55,116 nt of DNA from IMG/VR virus record IMGVR_UViG_3300045825_000547; one strand, 5' to 3'. This stretch comes from an uncultured virus (IMG/VR IMGVR_UViG_3300045825_000547) (Duplodnaviria; Heunggongvirae; Uroviricota; Caudoviricetes). The notes beneath the pieces were generated by a model. That model was not told the DNA's origin and did no database searches. It saw only the letters and a program-made list of their open reading frames with translations. A program made the position numbers and the translations under genes. Positions 42,719 through 52,628 of this stretch are shown piece after piece; the first letter of the stretch is position 1, and every line of letters begins with the position of its first letter.

Positions 42719-45700
42719 TTAGGGATCCTTCTTTTTAGCTTCTTTAGGTGGTGGTGGGACAACAAGGGCGGCAGTGTCTTTTTTACCCTTCTTCCCTGCT
42801 AGCGTGTCCGCCGCATCATTAAGTTTAGTCGCCACAGTATCAAAGCTTTTCATAAACTGTTCTCTAAAGTCATTCAGGCTCTTTGGTACACTTGCCACGC
42901 TTGTGCTTATAGAAGAGGTGAGCTCCATCATCTCATGCACGTCTTTAGCGGACTGCGCAAAACCCGCTCTCACTTCTGCTGTTAAGAACTTTCCTCCGCC
43001 TTTAGGGTCAATAACCATTTGGTCACCACCACTTCCGTAGAGAGGGGAGATAGCACCACCTGTTCTAGCTTGAGCAGAATGCACGTATTTTCCATCTTTA
43101 TCTGTGGCCGTGAGTTTACTGTATTCTTCATCAGCCTCTTTAGCTGTGTACCCCTGCTTCACCATGTTTGATGTGTAGGTGGCACGACCATCCAATTTGT
43201 TTCCGTCTTTGTCTACAGAGCCTTCGTAATTCTTAGGGTCTAACATAAGTTTCACTAAGTTCATAGCGTCTCCACCTTTGGCGTCTTTAGGAATAGCCGT
43301 GATGTAACCCTTCATGACTTTCGTGAATTCCTCGTCAGTCATATTGGTTGTGCGGGCTTCGTTGAGTTTCTTTATTAGTTCTTCATTCCCTTTATCCCCT
43401 ATAGCTGCTAGATATGCACCGTAGTTCTCTGAGGAAATACGAGAAGAAATGGTTGCGTGATCTTTGGCAAGGCCTGCATATCCTTTTATTGTCTCTAAAA
43501 GTGCGGAGGTTTCCCCTAGGCCCAGTTTTCCTACCTTATTCATTTGGTCCTGTGTGCCAGGTGTTTGTAAAGAAACACTTCGATCAAATATTAGGTTACG
43601 AGTAGATTCTGAGAGTTTAGCCGTAGACCCTCCATCCTTGTTCTGCGCTTCTTCTATTTCTTTGTACAAAGGATCTCCTGGGTGCATTTTGCCCAAAACT
43701 TGTCCATAGGTTTTATCTCCTTGTTTATACTTGCTGGAAACTTTATCCGACACTGCTGCGTTTAGTTTCAAAGATAGCCCCGGAACCCAGCCGGATATTG
43801 TCTCTGACCAGCTATTACCTACCCTAGCTTCATGTAGTGTTTCAACATACCCAGAGTTTTCTTTCCAATTAGTCCCTCTTTCCCTCGCAGGGTCTACGTA
43901 ATTGCTAAGAAGCTGTGCTTGGACCGCTTCTACACGCTCTGCGCTCATATCATCGTTCCCAGAGTCTGTTTTCACAACTTTACGCATTAAAGTTCCCCAA
44001 GTGGTACGAGCATCATAGTACTTGTCATCAAGTTCTTTAATTTTTTCTTCTTGGATCCTCTTCGGGGTATTATCTGCGAGCGTAGAATATACTTTTGTTA
44101 CTTCGTCTTTCTGTGGTCCGGCAGGCATCGCAGCTATCATAGCACCAGGTACTAATCTATTAGGGGAGGTTGGGTCATTCTGTATTAATCTCATGTCGTC
44201 CATAGTCATTTTGGGGTCTCTGAATGCAATCTGAGAAAGATTTAGCAGGCCCTCCTCAAAGTTTTTTGTCTTGAACCCTCCCCCCTCTTCGTCAAACTTA
44301 AACCCTTTGTAAATTGAGTCCATGAGTTCGTGCTTTTCTGGTTCAGGTATAGCCATACGAGCATTTACTCTTGCGGCGACTTCTTTTGTATTCATGCCTG
44401 TCTCTATACCAGAAGATAGGTTTTCTAGCATATCCCCTTTATTCATTAATAGCTTCTTGGCGTCTTCTCGTTCAGTATCCGATGTCATAGAGAATGCTAA
44501 TTGAGACATAGCGGCGCTAGTGGCTATGCCCGGTTTATTGGATTTACGTAAATTTAATCTAGCCTCCAATTCCTCCGTGACATCCTCCTTTATCCTTGTG
44601 TCTATAGTCTTGTCTGGTGTCGCCGAGCCTCTATTTTTCTTTTCCTCGTCTATCATATCCGCAACTGCACTAGCACTCTTAATCCCTCCTTCCATTTTGC
44701 TTCTATGGAATGTGTGGGAATTCTCTGGGTGGATTAATTTTCCTACTATCCCGTGCTCTAACCATTCTTCCCAGCCGCCGATTCTTTCCATACTATTACC
44801 AGACCAATTAGCTATGGCAGGGTCTAGCCAATATTCCATTTGTTTCTGCATCATCAGTTTAGGGTTGGTGAATATGTTAGCAGGTGGTCTCCATACTTCT
44901 ATTTGCTTTTGTTGGAAGGAGTTCTTCAAGCTTTCTTCCATACTAGCTCCGATCTTATCAGCGTTCTCTACTTGGTGCATCAATACTCTTGAATCATCGG
45001 GACTAACACCCATTCTGGTTAATTGGTTTTGAAGGTCTCCTGCGCTGATTTTTCTTCCCATAGTAGATGACATGGAATTAGCTAAGGCACTAAGTTGCCC
45101 CATCGCTACCACGTTAGGGTTCATATCTTTGGAATACTCGGGGAGTTTATACATCAATGTTGAGTAGGTGGAAGGATCCATATTAAGAACGTTGCTAGAA
45201 AGCAAGCCTGCTACCCCACCTTTTCCTGCTACCATATCTTTCTCAAAACCTGGACTTCTGAGCGCACCCATCATGAACGCCGTACCGAGTGGAGTAGAAG
45301 TGAGAGTAGCTAATCCCCTTGTTTGGGAATTACTCATACCAGTTTGTCCACCGTAGTAGGCAGAATCTTCCACGCTCATTGCACCACTTCTAATGGCTTC
45401 TCCAGCTCTTCCGATAGATTGAGCATGAACCATTGTTCCGACTCTAGGTGCATAACCCATTCCAGAGTAGAGAGGGCTTCCACCAGCACTAGCTTCAAGC
45501 ATGTTGTGCATTGTCATGTTGCCAGAGAAAGCGTAGGCAGAAACACCACCTAAGAAACGTGCATTAGTTCCCACGTTATTAGATGGGTTAATTCCTATCT
45601 GTGTTAGTAGGCCCAAGTCCCCCTGCATATTCTTAAGTTGAATACCTACAGCAGTCATAGCCTTAACCGTGTTGGAAATATTCTTAAGTGCGGCTAAGGT

Positions 45701-46576
45701 ATCGTCTGCGTTTTTATTACTTGCGAAGAGGTTAAGTTCAGTTCCTGTTTGGAGAAGGAGCTGGTAATCATCCCTCATGAGGTAGTCATCGTTAGCTACC
45801 TGTTTCCCAAAGCCTCTTTGGAACTCTGCAGCTTTGTGGGCTGATGCTCCTCCGCCTAATTTATCTCTATATACGGAAGCAGTGGCATCTCTATAGTAAC
45901 GGCCAATGTCCATGTACTTTTCTCTAGCGTTAAACCCGTAGTCTGTTAGTTGCCCTAATGCTAAAGCGCCTATCGCAGCAGGTGCAGCAAAAGGCATAGC
46001 TAAGCTTCCTGCAGCTATTCCCCCTGCGAGTGTGAGCGCGTTGGTTCCAAATTTCTGAGCACCCGTAACAGCTGTGTCTATGCTTTCTGCAAACTTCTCC
46101 ACAAACATTTGGTTAGCTCTGTAGGTAGGAACATTAAGGTTTCCTCCCCCACTGATCCCTAAGAAGCCTGCATTTGGGAAGTAGTTCTGAACAAAGTTGC
46201 CCATGCTACTACCAACCATACTTCTAACGCCATAGTCCATTACGCCTGAAGCTATGTTAGGAATGGTACGGCGCGCCCCTTCCGGACCTATAGGAACTCC
46301 TGCTAAATATCCTTGTGGGGTTGTTATGTTTCCAAGCCCCATGTGCTGGAAGGGATTGCCCATCCCCATGCTCATAGGTGTGCTCATAGCTCCGAGAACG
46401 GAGCTACTTGCTTGTGAGTTTTGCATCATGGCTGCTTGAGCCATTGCACTTACGGGACTAAGCCCCATGCTGCCACTTTGCATGGCAGAATTCATGGCAA
46501 TCATTTGGGCTTGTTGTGCGGCCATAGTCAGGTCAGACGAATCTACCTGTAGTTTTACGCTGTATGTATCATCCAT
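42719..46576 (-). CDS. Tape measure protein (candidate)
   Basis: 1285 aa; Ala/Gly/Met-rich helical, hydrophobic stretch near aa 180-210; preceded by two chaperone-sized genes. Confidence 0.6.
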   Translation of the reverse strand: MDDTYSVKLQVDSSDLTMAAQQAQMIAMNSAMQSGSMGLSPVSAMAQAAMMQNSQASSSVLGAMSTPMSMGMGNPFQHMGLGNITTPQGYLAGVPIGPEGARRTIPNIASGVMDYGVRSMVGSSMGNFVQNYFPNAGFLGISGGGNLNVPTYRANQMFVEKFAESIDTAVTGAQKFGTNALTLAGGIAAGSLAMPFAAPAAIGALALGQLTDYGFNAREKYMDIGRYYRDATASVYRDKLGGGASAHKAAEFQRGFGKQVANDDYLMRDDYQLLLQTGTELNLFASNKNADDTLAALKNISNTVKAMTAVGIQLKNMQGDLGLLTQIGINPSNNVGTNARFLGGVSAYAFSGNMTMHNMLEASAGGSPLYSGMGYAPRVGTMVHAQSIGRAGEAIRSGAMSVEDSAYYGGQTGMSNSQTRGLATLTSTPLGTAFMMGALRSPGFEKDMVAGKGGVAGLLSSNVLNMDPSTYSTLMYKLPEYSKDMNPNVVAMGQLSALANSMSSTMGRKISAGDLQNQLTRMGVSPDDSRVLMHQVENADKIGASMEESLKNSFQQKQIEVWRPPANIFTNPKLMMQKQMEYWLDPAIANWSGNSMERIGGWEEWLEHGIVGKLIHPENSHTFHRSKMEGGIKSASAVADMIDEEKKNRGSATPDKTIDTRIKEDVTEELEARLNLRKSNKPGIATSAAMSQLAFSMTSDTEREDAKKLLMNKGDMLENLSSGIETGMNTKEVAARVNARMAIPEPEKHELMDSIYKGFKFDEEGGGFKTKNFEEGLLNLSQIAFRDPKMTMDDMRLIQNDPTSPNRLVPGAMIAAMPAGPQKDEVTKVYSTLADNTPKRIQEEKIKELDDKYYDARTTWGTLMRKVVKTDSGNDDMSAERVEAVQAQLLSNYVDPARERGTNWKENSGYVETLHEARVGNSWSETISGWVPGLSLKLNAAVSDKVSSKYKQGDKTYGQVLGKMHPGDPLYKEIEEAQNKDGGSTAKLSESTRNLIFDRSVSLQTPGTQDQMNKVGKLGLGETSALLETIKGYAGLAKDHATISSRISSENYGAYLAAIGDKGNEELIKKLNEARTTNMTDEEFTKVMKGYITAIPKDAKGGDAMNLVKLMLDPKNYEGSVDKDGNKLDGRATYTSNMVKQGYTAKEADEEYSKLTATDKDGKYVHSAQARTGGAISPLYGSGGDQMVIDPKGGGKFLTAEVRAGFAQSAKDVHEMMELTSSISTSVASVPKSLNDFREQFMKSFDTVATKLNDAADTLAGKKGKKDTAALVVPPPPKEAKKKDP

Positions 46577-46890
46577 TAATCAGGGTCTCCCGGCTTTTGA
46601 GGCGCGAACATAGAAAACACTTGGTCTAACACGTTGCCAACCGCGTTCAAGCTTTCTTGTCTACGCAACACCCTCCATGGGTTTATTGCATCATTAAGTC
46701 GTTTTGTGGCTTCTTTAATTGTATCGTTGTCTTGGGCTAAAGACGCAGCCAATATATTAAGACTCTCTACCATTGCATTTTGTTCATTTATCATTGCAAA
46801 AGTGAGAGCTTGTTCTCTAGGAGAGTTGTAAGCCCCAGGGTCTATTCCCCGAAGCTCAAGTTGAGTACGGCGATAGATCTCAGGGCGCAT
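46576..46890 (-). CDS. Tail assembly chaperone, second ('T') segment
   Basis: Between chaperone and tape measure; in -1 frame to upstream gene, no SD. Confidence 0.5.
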   Translation of the reverse strand: MRPEIYRRTQLELRGIDPGAYNSPREQALTFAMINEQNAMVESLNILAASLAQDNDTIKEATKRLNDAINPWRVLRRQESLNAVGNVLDQVFSMFAPQKPGDPD

Positions 46891-47768
46891 TAAAAAGATT
46901 CGAAATTGTTTAACACTTCTGTTACTAATGCTCTCATTCTTACAACTTTTGTAAAGATCAAATCAAGGATAAAAGGAGAATACTCCATCAACACTTTCTC
47001 TTTCTCATCTAAGTCTGTAGGGAGAAGGGTCTCATTGATTGCTCCTGTATATACCAACACTTCCGCAAATCTGTCAGCTCTCTGGGTATCTATATTGATA
47101 ACAGTTTCTAGGTCTCTCTCATGACGGTAAGGGTTCTTTTGTTCATCAATTCCTTCCCATACTTCCTTAGCTCTTCTTCTATCACCATACACTCTAGCTT
47201 CTTGTGCTAGTTTGTTTATGTTTATAAGGTCTCTTTCGTTGATTAATCTAAGTGATACACTCATAGATGAATTTAGCTTAAATTTCTTTAACCATGTTGA
47301 TTTAGATTTGGTAAGCTCTATTGCTACTTCGTTCTTCTCTAGTTGTGAGAATATAAACTCAGGAAGCGGGGGAGGAGCTGGCGCAACAGGCGGTTTAGGG
47401 ATATCTGCTTGAGGCTTCTTTGCAGCAACAGGTGCTTGATAAGGCTTATAGTTGGTAGGCTCTTCCTGTGTTTCCTTAGGTGCGCCTCCTTCCTCGAATA
47501 TGCTCCCAAAAGCTTTGCTAAGTTTCTCTAATTGCTCTGGTGTTGATTTAGGTTTAGCATCTTGTGCGGCACCAATTTCATCAAGGGCTGCTTGCTCTTC
47601 TGCGGACAAAGGCTTCACACCTAATGTATCAAAAAGTCCACCAAGTTCTTTACTTACTGGTTTTCTTTCTTTTGCTGGTTGGTCGTTTCTTTCTTGGCTC
47701 GGCGGGAGCGGCGACGGTTCCAAAAAGTTCTGAAGGTCCGAGTTGTTGATAGGTTGGGTCGGTTGCAT
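46890..47768 (-). CDS. Tail assembly chaperone ('G') candidate with Pro-rich disordered N-terminus
   Basis: AAAGGA SD before ATG 47768; ends TCT-TTT-TAA. Confidence 0.55.
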   Translation of the reverse strand: MQPTQPINNSDLQNFLEPSPLPPSQERNDQPAKERKPVSKELGGLFDTLGVKPLSAEEQAALDEIGAAQDAKPKSTPEQLEKLSKAFGSIFEEGGAPKETQEEPTNYKPYQAPVAAKKPQADIPKPPVAPAPPPLPEFIFSQLEKNEVAIELTKSKSTWLKKFKLNSSMSVSLRLINERDLININKLAQEARVYGDRRRAKEVWEGIDEQKNPYRHERDLETVINIDTQRADRFAEVLVYTGAINETLLPTDLDEKEKVLMEYSPFILDLIFTKVVRMRALVTEVLNNFESF

Positions 47769-48051
47769 ACATTTTCCTTTCACTTAATTCGTGTTTATGA
47801 ATTTTATACAGAACACTACATTGCACTTCATCTTCAGTAGCAGGAGCAATGATTTCCAAAACTCCCTTCCCGTTTATAGCAGTTGCTGGTGGTTTCCCGG
47901 GAATCCTTATCTCTTTCTCCGAAATGATGATATTGTTAGTATCTTCTGCAAACTTATTATAATCCTCTAACCCCTTGGGTGACAAGAGGTTAAATATGAT
48001 TCTCTGGCTAACAAAATTGTTATGTTTAATGTGCTTTATTGGTGGAGCCAT
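47650..48051 (-). CDS. Hypothetical protein
   Basis: GGAG SD, 2 nt after upstream stop; 3' end overlaps the next gene by ~119 bp. Confidence 0.6.
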   Translation of the reverse strand: MAPPIKHIKHNNFVSQRIIFNLLSPKGLEDYNKFAEDTNNIIISEKEIRIPGKPPATAINGKGVLEIIAPATEDEVQCSVLYKIHKHELSERKMYATDPTYQQLGPSELFGTVAAPAEPRKKRPTSKRKKTSK

Positions 48052-48053
48052 TC

Positions 48054-50255
48054 TTAACTCACTCCGCTTTTCAATAACACCCTGCTGCTAACAATAGACG
48101 CTATGTAGCTGTCCATATCACTAAGCAACACTTTCACATCTGAGTATTGGTGGCCAGGTATTCTTCCCATCTGTGTTAGGAGAAGAATCTTACAAAGATA
48201 TCCTTCTGATTCCTTTAAACTGTTCTCTAGTTTAGACAACACTTCGCCTGCTTCATCGCCTTTGAATTTACCAAGGGAATAGTAAGTGAGAGTATCTATA
48301 AGTTCCTGTGTATCTTTAGCTACTGGTGACTGTTTAGAAGCTGCATCCATGAAACCAGGTCTACCTGATTGAGGAGCTGCAGGATCTTTTGGTCCAGCTT
48401 GATTAGCGTTAGGATCAGGATTTTGTGGAGGCGGCCCGTCAGCAGCACTCTTCTCTATTTGGTCTACAAGGAATTCTAATTTAATATCCATCTCCCCTGC
48501 ACTCTTTATATCAGCATTGGTTAGTCCTTTATTCACATCAAAGAGTCCTTGAGCTACTGAGGCAAACTTGTGTGCGTTTTCTTTTTCTTCTGGTGTGATT
48601 TGTCCAGTAGGAACTGCGATCATTGTTGATTCATCTAAGAATACTTTTATCTCGAAATGTTTCACTCTTTCTGTGTCCATACTCTTTATGAGCTTAGCTG
48701 CCTGTGCATCGCCAAATCCGTATCTACGAATCAATCTATATACTAAGTCACCATAGTTGAATTGTCTTCTCACATAGTGGTTGTCCTCTTTAATGCTGAA
48801 CTTATGTCCGCCACCTTTCTGAATCTCTATCTTATGTAGGTTTCCTCTTTGTTGTGGCACTTCTGGATCTTGTAGTCCTTTCACTTGGTAAGAAGGAAGA
48901 ATAAGAACCTGAGTCTCCACGAAAGGAACCAGTAACACATCAGGGTTGATAGGGTCAAACTTCTTAACAGTTCCTCTGTAAAAAAGAACCTTTACTGGCT
49001 CTACTGGGCCGAAGAGTGGTTGAACGTGGATCATTATATTATTAGGTGTTCTACTCACATGCAATACTTTACAAGGAACTGTGGTTGTTCTATCTCTTCC
49101 GTCATAGAATGTTATGGTTTGTCCTTTCATTAATTTGTCAGGATGTGCTTGAGGGAGAAGATCTTCTTTAGAAAGCTCTGCTCCGTCTGGCGGGGTCATG
49201 CTGTGGAAACCAGTTAAGTCTTTAGTAAGTGTATATTTTCCAGGTTGAACTGCAAGTGCATAGCTATAAGGAGTTCCATCTAAATATGTCACTAACGGAT
49301 TACAATAAACTGCTTGTTTGTTATAGATTATTAAGCCTTCACTCACGGGCAGGCTTGGCTCCGGGATGTCAGAGTTTAAATAGTCAGGAGTGTAGCTTGT
49401 TGTTATGTTACCAGTTCTAGGGATTAACTGCCCTAGTGTGCTTACACCTTGCTTGAGATAAGATGCGGCTTTCTGAGTTTTCTCATATGGATCGTTGTTG
49501 CTAGCTATATCGAATAACATAGAGAGTTGGTCATCATCTATCACTAACGCGTTCTCGCTTCTGTCGGTAAATAGGTCATGTGCGCCATCATCTCTTCTTA
49601 CTACCACTTGATAGTTACTTTGCGGCTTTATTTCCGCAGGAGCTATAGCTTCATGGAGATGATTTGTTTCCCAAAATGAACTATTCTCTGATGCATATTT
49701 TTGAGCATAAGCTATGAAACTGAGAGTCGGGATCACAGGAGTGCATGACGCGAAGTAGTTTTCTAATTCTGATGCCATTTTACCCATACTTGTTCCGTAC
49801 GCCGGCATACTCATTCTTCCACCTATTCCACCAGCAGGAACTGATAAGTTTATTCCAGTATTACCCGCACCTAAGAAGCCAGGGTTTCTGTTTAACGCAC
49901 CACTACCCATGCCTACGTAGGTTGCTAAGTTGATAACATTTCTTTCACTTATATATCTGTATTGGATCTCTTTTCTTTCCTTATATAGGATAACATCCAT
50001 AGGTTGGAGCTTCCATTCTTTCACTACCGCTGGTACATACGCACGTCCATTTTGGAATTGCAATACAACCAATACCAATCCATCACCTTTCTCGTTGTGG
50101 TACACAACTCTATCTTCTAGCACGAATGCTTGAAGTTTAGGAAGGCGGGTTATCAATTCTGCAATAACATCTTGGCCCCATGAGAGTGGGTCTGCGGCAA
50201 GCATAGATGCTTGTTTTCTTGTTGAGTAAGTCATATAGTAGTTCTCCAGAGACAA
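48054..50255 (-). CDS. Large KxA-motif-rich putative head/core protein
   Basis: TTG start with AGAAGG SD; KQAS, KMAS, KYAS, KAAS, KFAS, KSAG and KSAA motifs. Confidence 0.65.
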   Translation of the reverse strand: MSLENYYMTYSTRKQASMLAADPLSWGQDVIAELITRLPKLQAFVLEDRVVYHNEKGDGLVLVVLQFQNGRAYVPAVVKEWKLQPMDVILYKERKEIQYRYISERNVINLATYVGMGSGALNRNPGFLGAGNTGINLSVPAGGIGGRMSMPAYGTSMGKMASELENYFASCTPVIPTLSFIAYAQKYASENSSFWETNHLHEAIAPAEIKPQSNYQVVVRRDDGAHDLFTDRSENALVIDDDQLSMLFDIASNNDPYEKTQKAASYLKQGVSTLGQLIPRTGNITTSYTPDYLNSDIPEPSLPVSEGLIIYNKQAVYCNPLVTYLDGTPYSYALAVQPGKYTLTKDLTGFHSMTPPDGAELSKEDLLPQAHPDKLMKGQTITFYDGRDRTTTVPCKVLHVSRTPNNIMIHVQPLFGPVEPVKVLFYRGTVKKFDPINPDVLLVPFVETQVLILPSYQVKGLQDPEVPQQRGNLHKIEIQKGGGHKFSIKEDNHYVRRQFNYGDLVYRLIRRYGFGDAQAAKLIKSMDTERVKHFEIKVFLDESTMIAVPTGQITPEEKENAHKFASVAQGLFDVNKGLTNADIKSAGEMDIKLEFLVDQIEKSAADGPPPQNPDPNANQAGPKDPAAPQSGRPGFMDAASKQSPVAKDTQELIDTLTYYSLGKFKGDEAGEVLSKLENSLKESEGYLCKILLLTQMGRIPGHQYSDVKVLLSDMDSYIASIVSSRVLLKSGVS

Positions 50256-50336
50256 TCTATCCTTCTAATTTTAGCCTATTATCGGCTTGTCAAGAAATAG
50301 TGAGCCGGTATAATTGAGAGAGACGGGAGGAATTAA

Positions 50337-52292
50337 ATGAGCATAACTGGAAAAGGGTTTCAATACCTTAATCTTCTTGCCGATTTCTGGACAGTTTTCT
50401 ACTCCGATGCAGTAGTTCTTGAGACACTTCTTAAGACCGAGGCGGAGATAGTGAAGAGTATGTATTTCTCATTCCTTCAACAGCAACTGCCTAGAGCTGT
50501 GCAGGATAGTAGTATATTTGAGGAACAGTTCTGGAACATTATAGAGCTGATCTATGAAGACACCACCTTCCAAGTTGTGAAGAGAAAAGGTGTGACGTAC
50601 TATAGCTATTTGCTAGACGAAGCATATGCGCACATCCCGCAACTATATAACGTAATATTCAACCCAACCATTAGATTAAAAGAAAAGAAAGACTATATAA
50701 TAGAGCGTTCTATCTCTGAGTCTCTGGCAGGTGATTCCGATATCCCTGTTGTGGAGAGTAGAATTTTATTTAAAGAAGATCCTTTCCTTAATAACGATAT
50801 TGCCAAAAGGATTAACGCGGAGAACAAATATTCCATTGTAATGTTTGCTCCTAAAGTATTTATAGATGATATGCGTTTATTTGAGCTCTACGGTTCACTA
50901 CTTAATATAGTGAGTGTGGGTAGTGAGGAATACAAAGCATTCCTTACTGGTCTTATGTACATATTTACTAACGGGCCATCTATTGGCGCACTTAATGCCG
51001 GACTATCGTTAGCAGCAGGGTATCCCGTTGCGCGAGCTTCAGAGAATATTATCGAGGTTAGGTTAGAGGAAGAGGTGTTTACGCTCATTTCTGATCTAGG
51101 CAACTCATATGAGTTCCCAAGAAAGATAGTTCCGCAATATAATTCAGTCCTACAAGTAGTAGAAAATGTTGTATTCCCCACAATTCGTTGTAGTGGTGCT
51201 CCGTATGCAGATGCTTTAGGGAATATTAATAACACTGTTGATTTGCAAGACCCCTTGTTAGTAGATGGACTCTATCCAACATTCTTCCCTGTGGATAGAA
51301 TGGACCCTTTCATTTCAGATGTGAGAGTGGTGGATTGGAGAACAGAAAAAGCTTGGTGGAGAAAGCAGGTAGGGAAATTATCATCTACTTTAGTGCCCGG
51401 GCTTCCTGAGCAGTTAAAGTCTAACCCAATGATTAAAGATTATTTATTCGATACATACTTCAAGCACAACACGTTTGGGGTATTTATAGACTACAGAGTG
51501 TTTAGGGCCGATTTTGATAAGACTCCTGATTTCTTAGGAATTCTTAAGCAGGTTAAGCCTACATATAAATCGTTCGTGGTGTATGAAGATGATTTGTCTA
51601 TATTCACTATTGTTAAACTAAACCCGTCCCCTGTTTCTTTGCAAGAATCAGTGTTAGATGTTCCTATAGTTGATCAAGTTGTGTTGGGTGATGGTACGAT
51701 AGTAAGTTCTCCTCCGAGAACCACCGTCATCCCTACTCCCATTATTGATCCTATTAGTGGACTTCCGGTGGACGGGATTAACCCAATTACCGGGCAGCCT
51801 TACCCACCAGGGACAGATATTAAAAATGTGTTTGATGCTGTTGGTTTACGTAATTTCTTAGATATTTTTGATATCTACGGAATAGAGAAATACATTAGCA
51901 TGAACCTTCCTTTGGATAACCTACCTATTCAAATAGGGATAGCTCTAGAAGATATTCACCATTCCATAGATATTGTTGGACTATCAACGACTATGCTTCT
52001 TTCTGACACTATTAGCCTAGCACCGAGTATTGAGCCAGTAATGGGGATGGAGTTTCTTATTGGTATGTGCCCAGATGAGGGATTGCTAGAACGTATTTCT
52101 CTTGGTATGATATGGGTTTTAGATGATCTGGCGCCATCTATATCAGATAGTCCTGCTTCTATGTATTTAATATCTGGTGATATTTTTGAGCATACGTTTG
52201 AGAGTGCCTTTTTGTTAAATGACACCTCGCTTAATAATATTAATTATGCGTCTAACAATTTATATATATTTGAGCACAGGTTTGAAGTGTAG
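50337..52292 (+). CDS. Baseplate wedge-like protein
   Basis: GGGAGG SD; YKAFLTGLMYIFTNGPS..L..GL..AAG.P and QVKPTYK motifs typical of wedge proteins. Confidence 0.5.
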   Translation: MSITGKGFQYLNLLADFWTVFYSDAVVLETLLKTEAEIVKSMYFSFLQQQLPRAVQDSSIFEEQFWNIIELIYEDTTFQVVKRKGVTYYSYLLDEAYAHIPQLYNVIFNPTIRLKEKKDYIIERSISESLAGDSDIPVVESRILFKEDPFLNNDIAKRINAENKYSIVMFAPKVFIDDMRLFELYGSLLNIVSVGSEEYKAFLTGLMYIFTNGPSIGALNAGLSLAAGYPVARASENIIEVRLEEEVFTLISDLGNSYEFPRKIVPQYNSVLQVVENVVFPTIRCSGAPYADALGNINNTVDLQDPLLVDGLYPTFFPVDRMDPFISDVRVVDWRTEKAWWRKQVGKLSSTLVPGLPEQLKSNPMIKDYLFDTYFKHNTFGVFIDYRVFRADFDKTPDFLGILKQVKPTYKSFVVYEDDLSIFTIVKLNPSPVSLQESVLDVPIVDQVVLGDGTIVSSPPRTTVIPTPIIDPISGLPVDGINPITGQPYPPGTDIKNVFDAVGLRNFLDIFDIYGIEKYISMNLPLDNLPIQIGIALEDIHHSIDIVGLSTTMLLSDTISLAPSIEPVMGMEFLIGMCPDEGLLERISLGMIWVLDDLAPSISDSPASMYLISGDIFEHTFESAFLLNDTSLNNINYASNNLYIFEHRFEV

Positions 52293-52300
52293 GGGGAGAT

Positions 52301-52606
52301 ATGGGAGCTTTAGATGATAACTCTAATAACACGCTAGCCTACACACCGGTAGGGTTTGGTACAGGAAGTGTTTCTTTTGGGTTATATGTGTGGCAAGGGT
52401 TTGAGCACTCGTTCATCCCTGCGTACCCTTTGTTGTCTGAGCAAAAAGAAGGGGACGGGTCCGTGCAGGCGGCTATCTACAACCCAACTGATGGAACTTT
52501 TTTGATGTTTAGTCAGTACCTAGCATATTATGCAGGTGTGAACCCTAGTCACCTACCCCCATATGAGCCCCCAGGTGGCGGTGGCGGTGGAGAGATTTTG
52601 ATATAA
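52301..52606 (+). CDS. Small hypothetical structural protein
   Basis: GGGGGAG SD; 101 aa. Confidence 0.65.
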   Translation: MGALDDNSNNTLAYTPVGFGTGSVSFGLYVWQGFEHSFIPAYPLLSEQKEGDGSVQAAIYNPTDGTFLMFSQYLAYYAGVNPSHLPPYEPPGGGGGGEILI

Positions 52607-52628
52607 ATGTTAGAAGGAAATAATAAAA

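Noticed and set aside
42728..42740. CTTCTTTTTAGCT in the tape measure 3' end as another terminator tail
   Set aside because: No upstream + strand unit or convincing hairpin; explained by EAKKK codons
36719..49933. Numerous + strand ORFs in the ORF track
   Set aside because: Antisense shadows of long minus-strand structural genes, without SD sites
50279..50293. Minus-strand TTGACA and GCCGATAA as host sigma70/sigma28 promoters
   Set aside because: TTGACA is only 14 nt from TAAAAT, and GCCGATAA has no TAAA at 15-nt spacing
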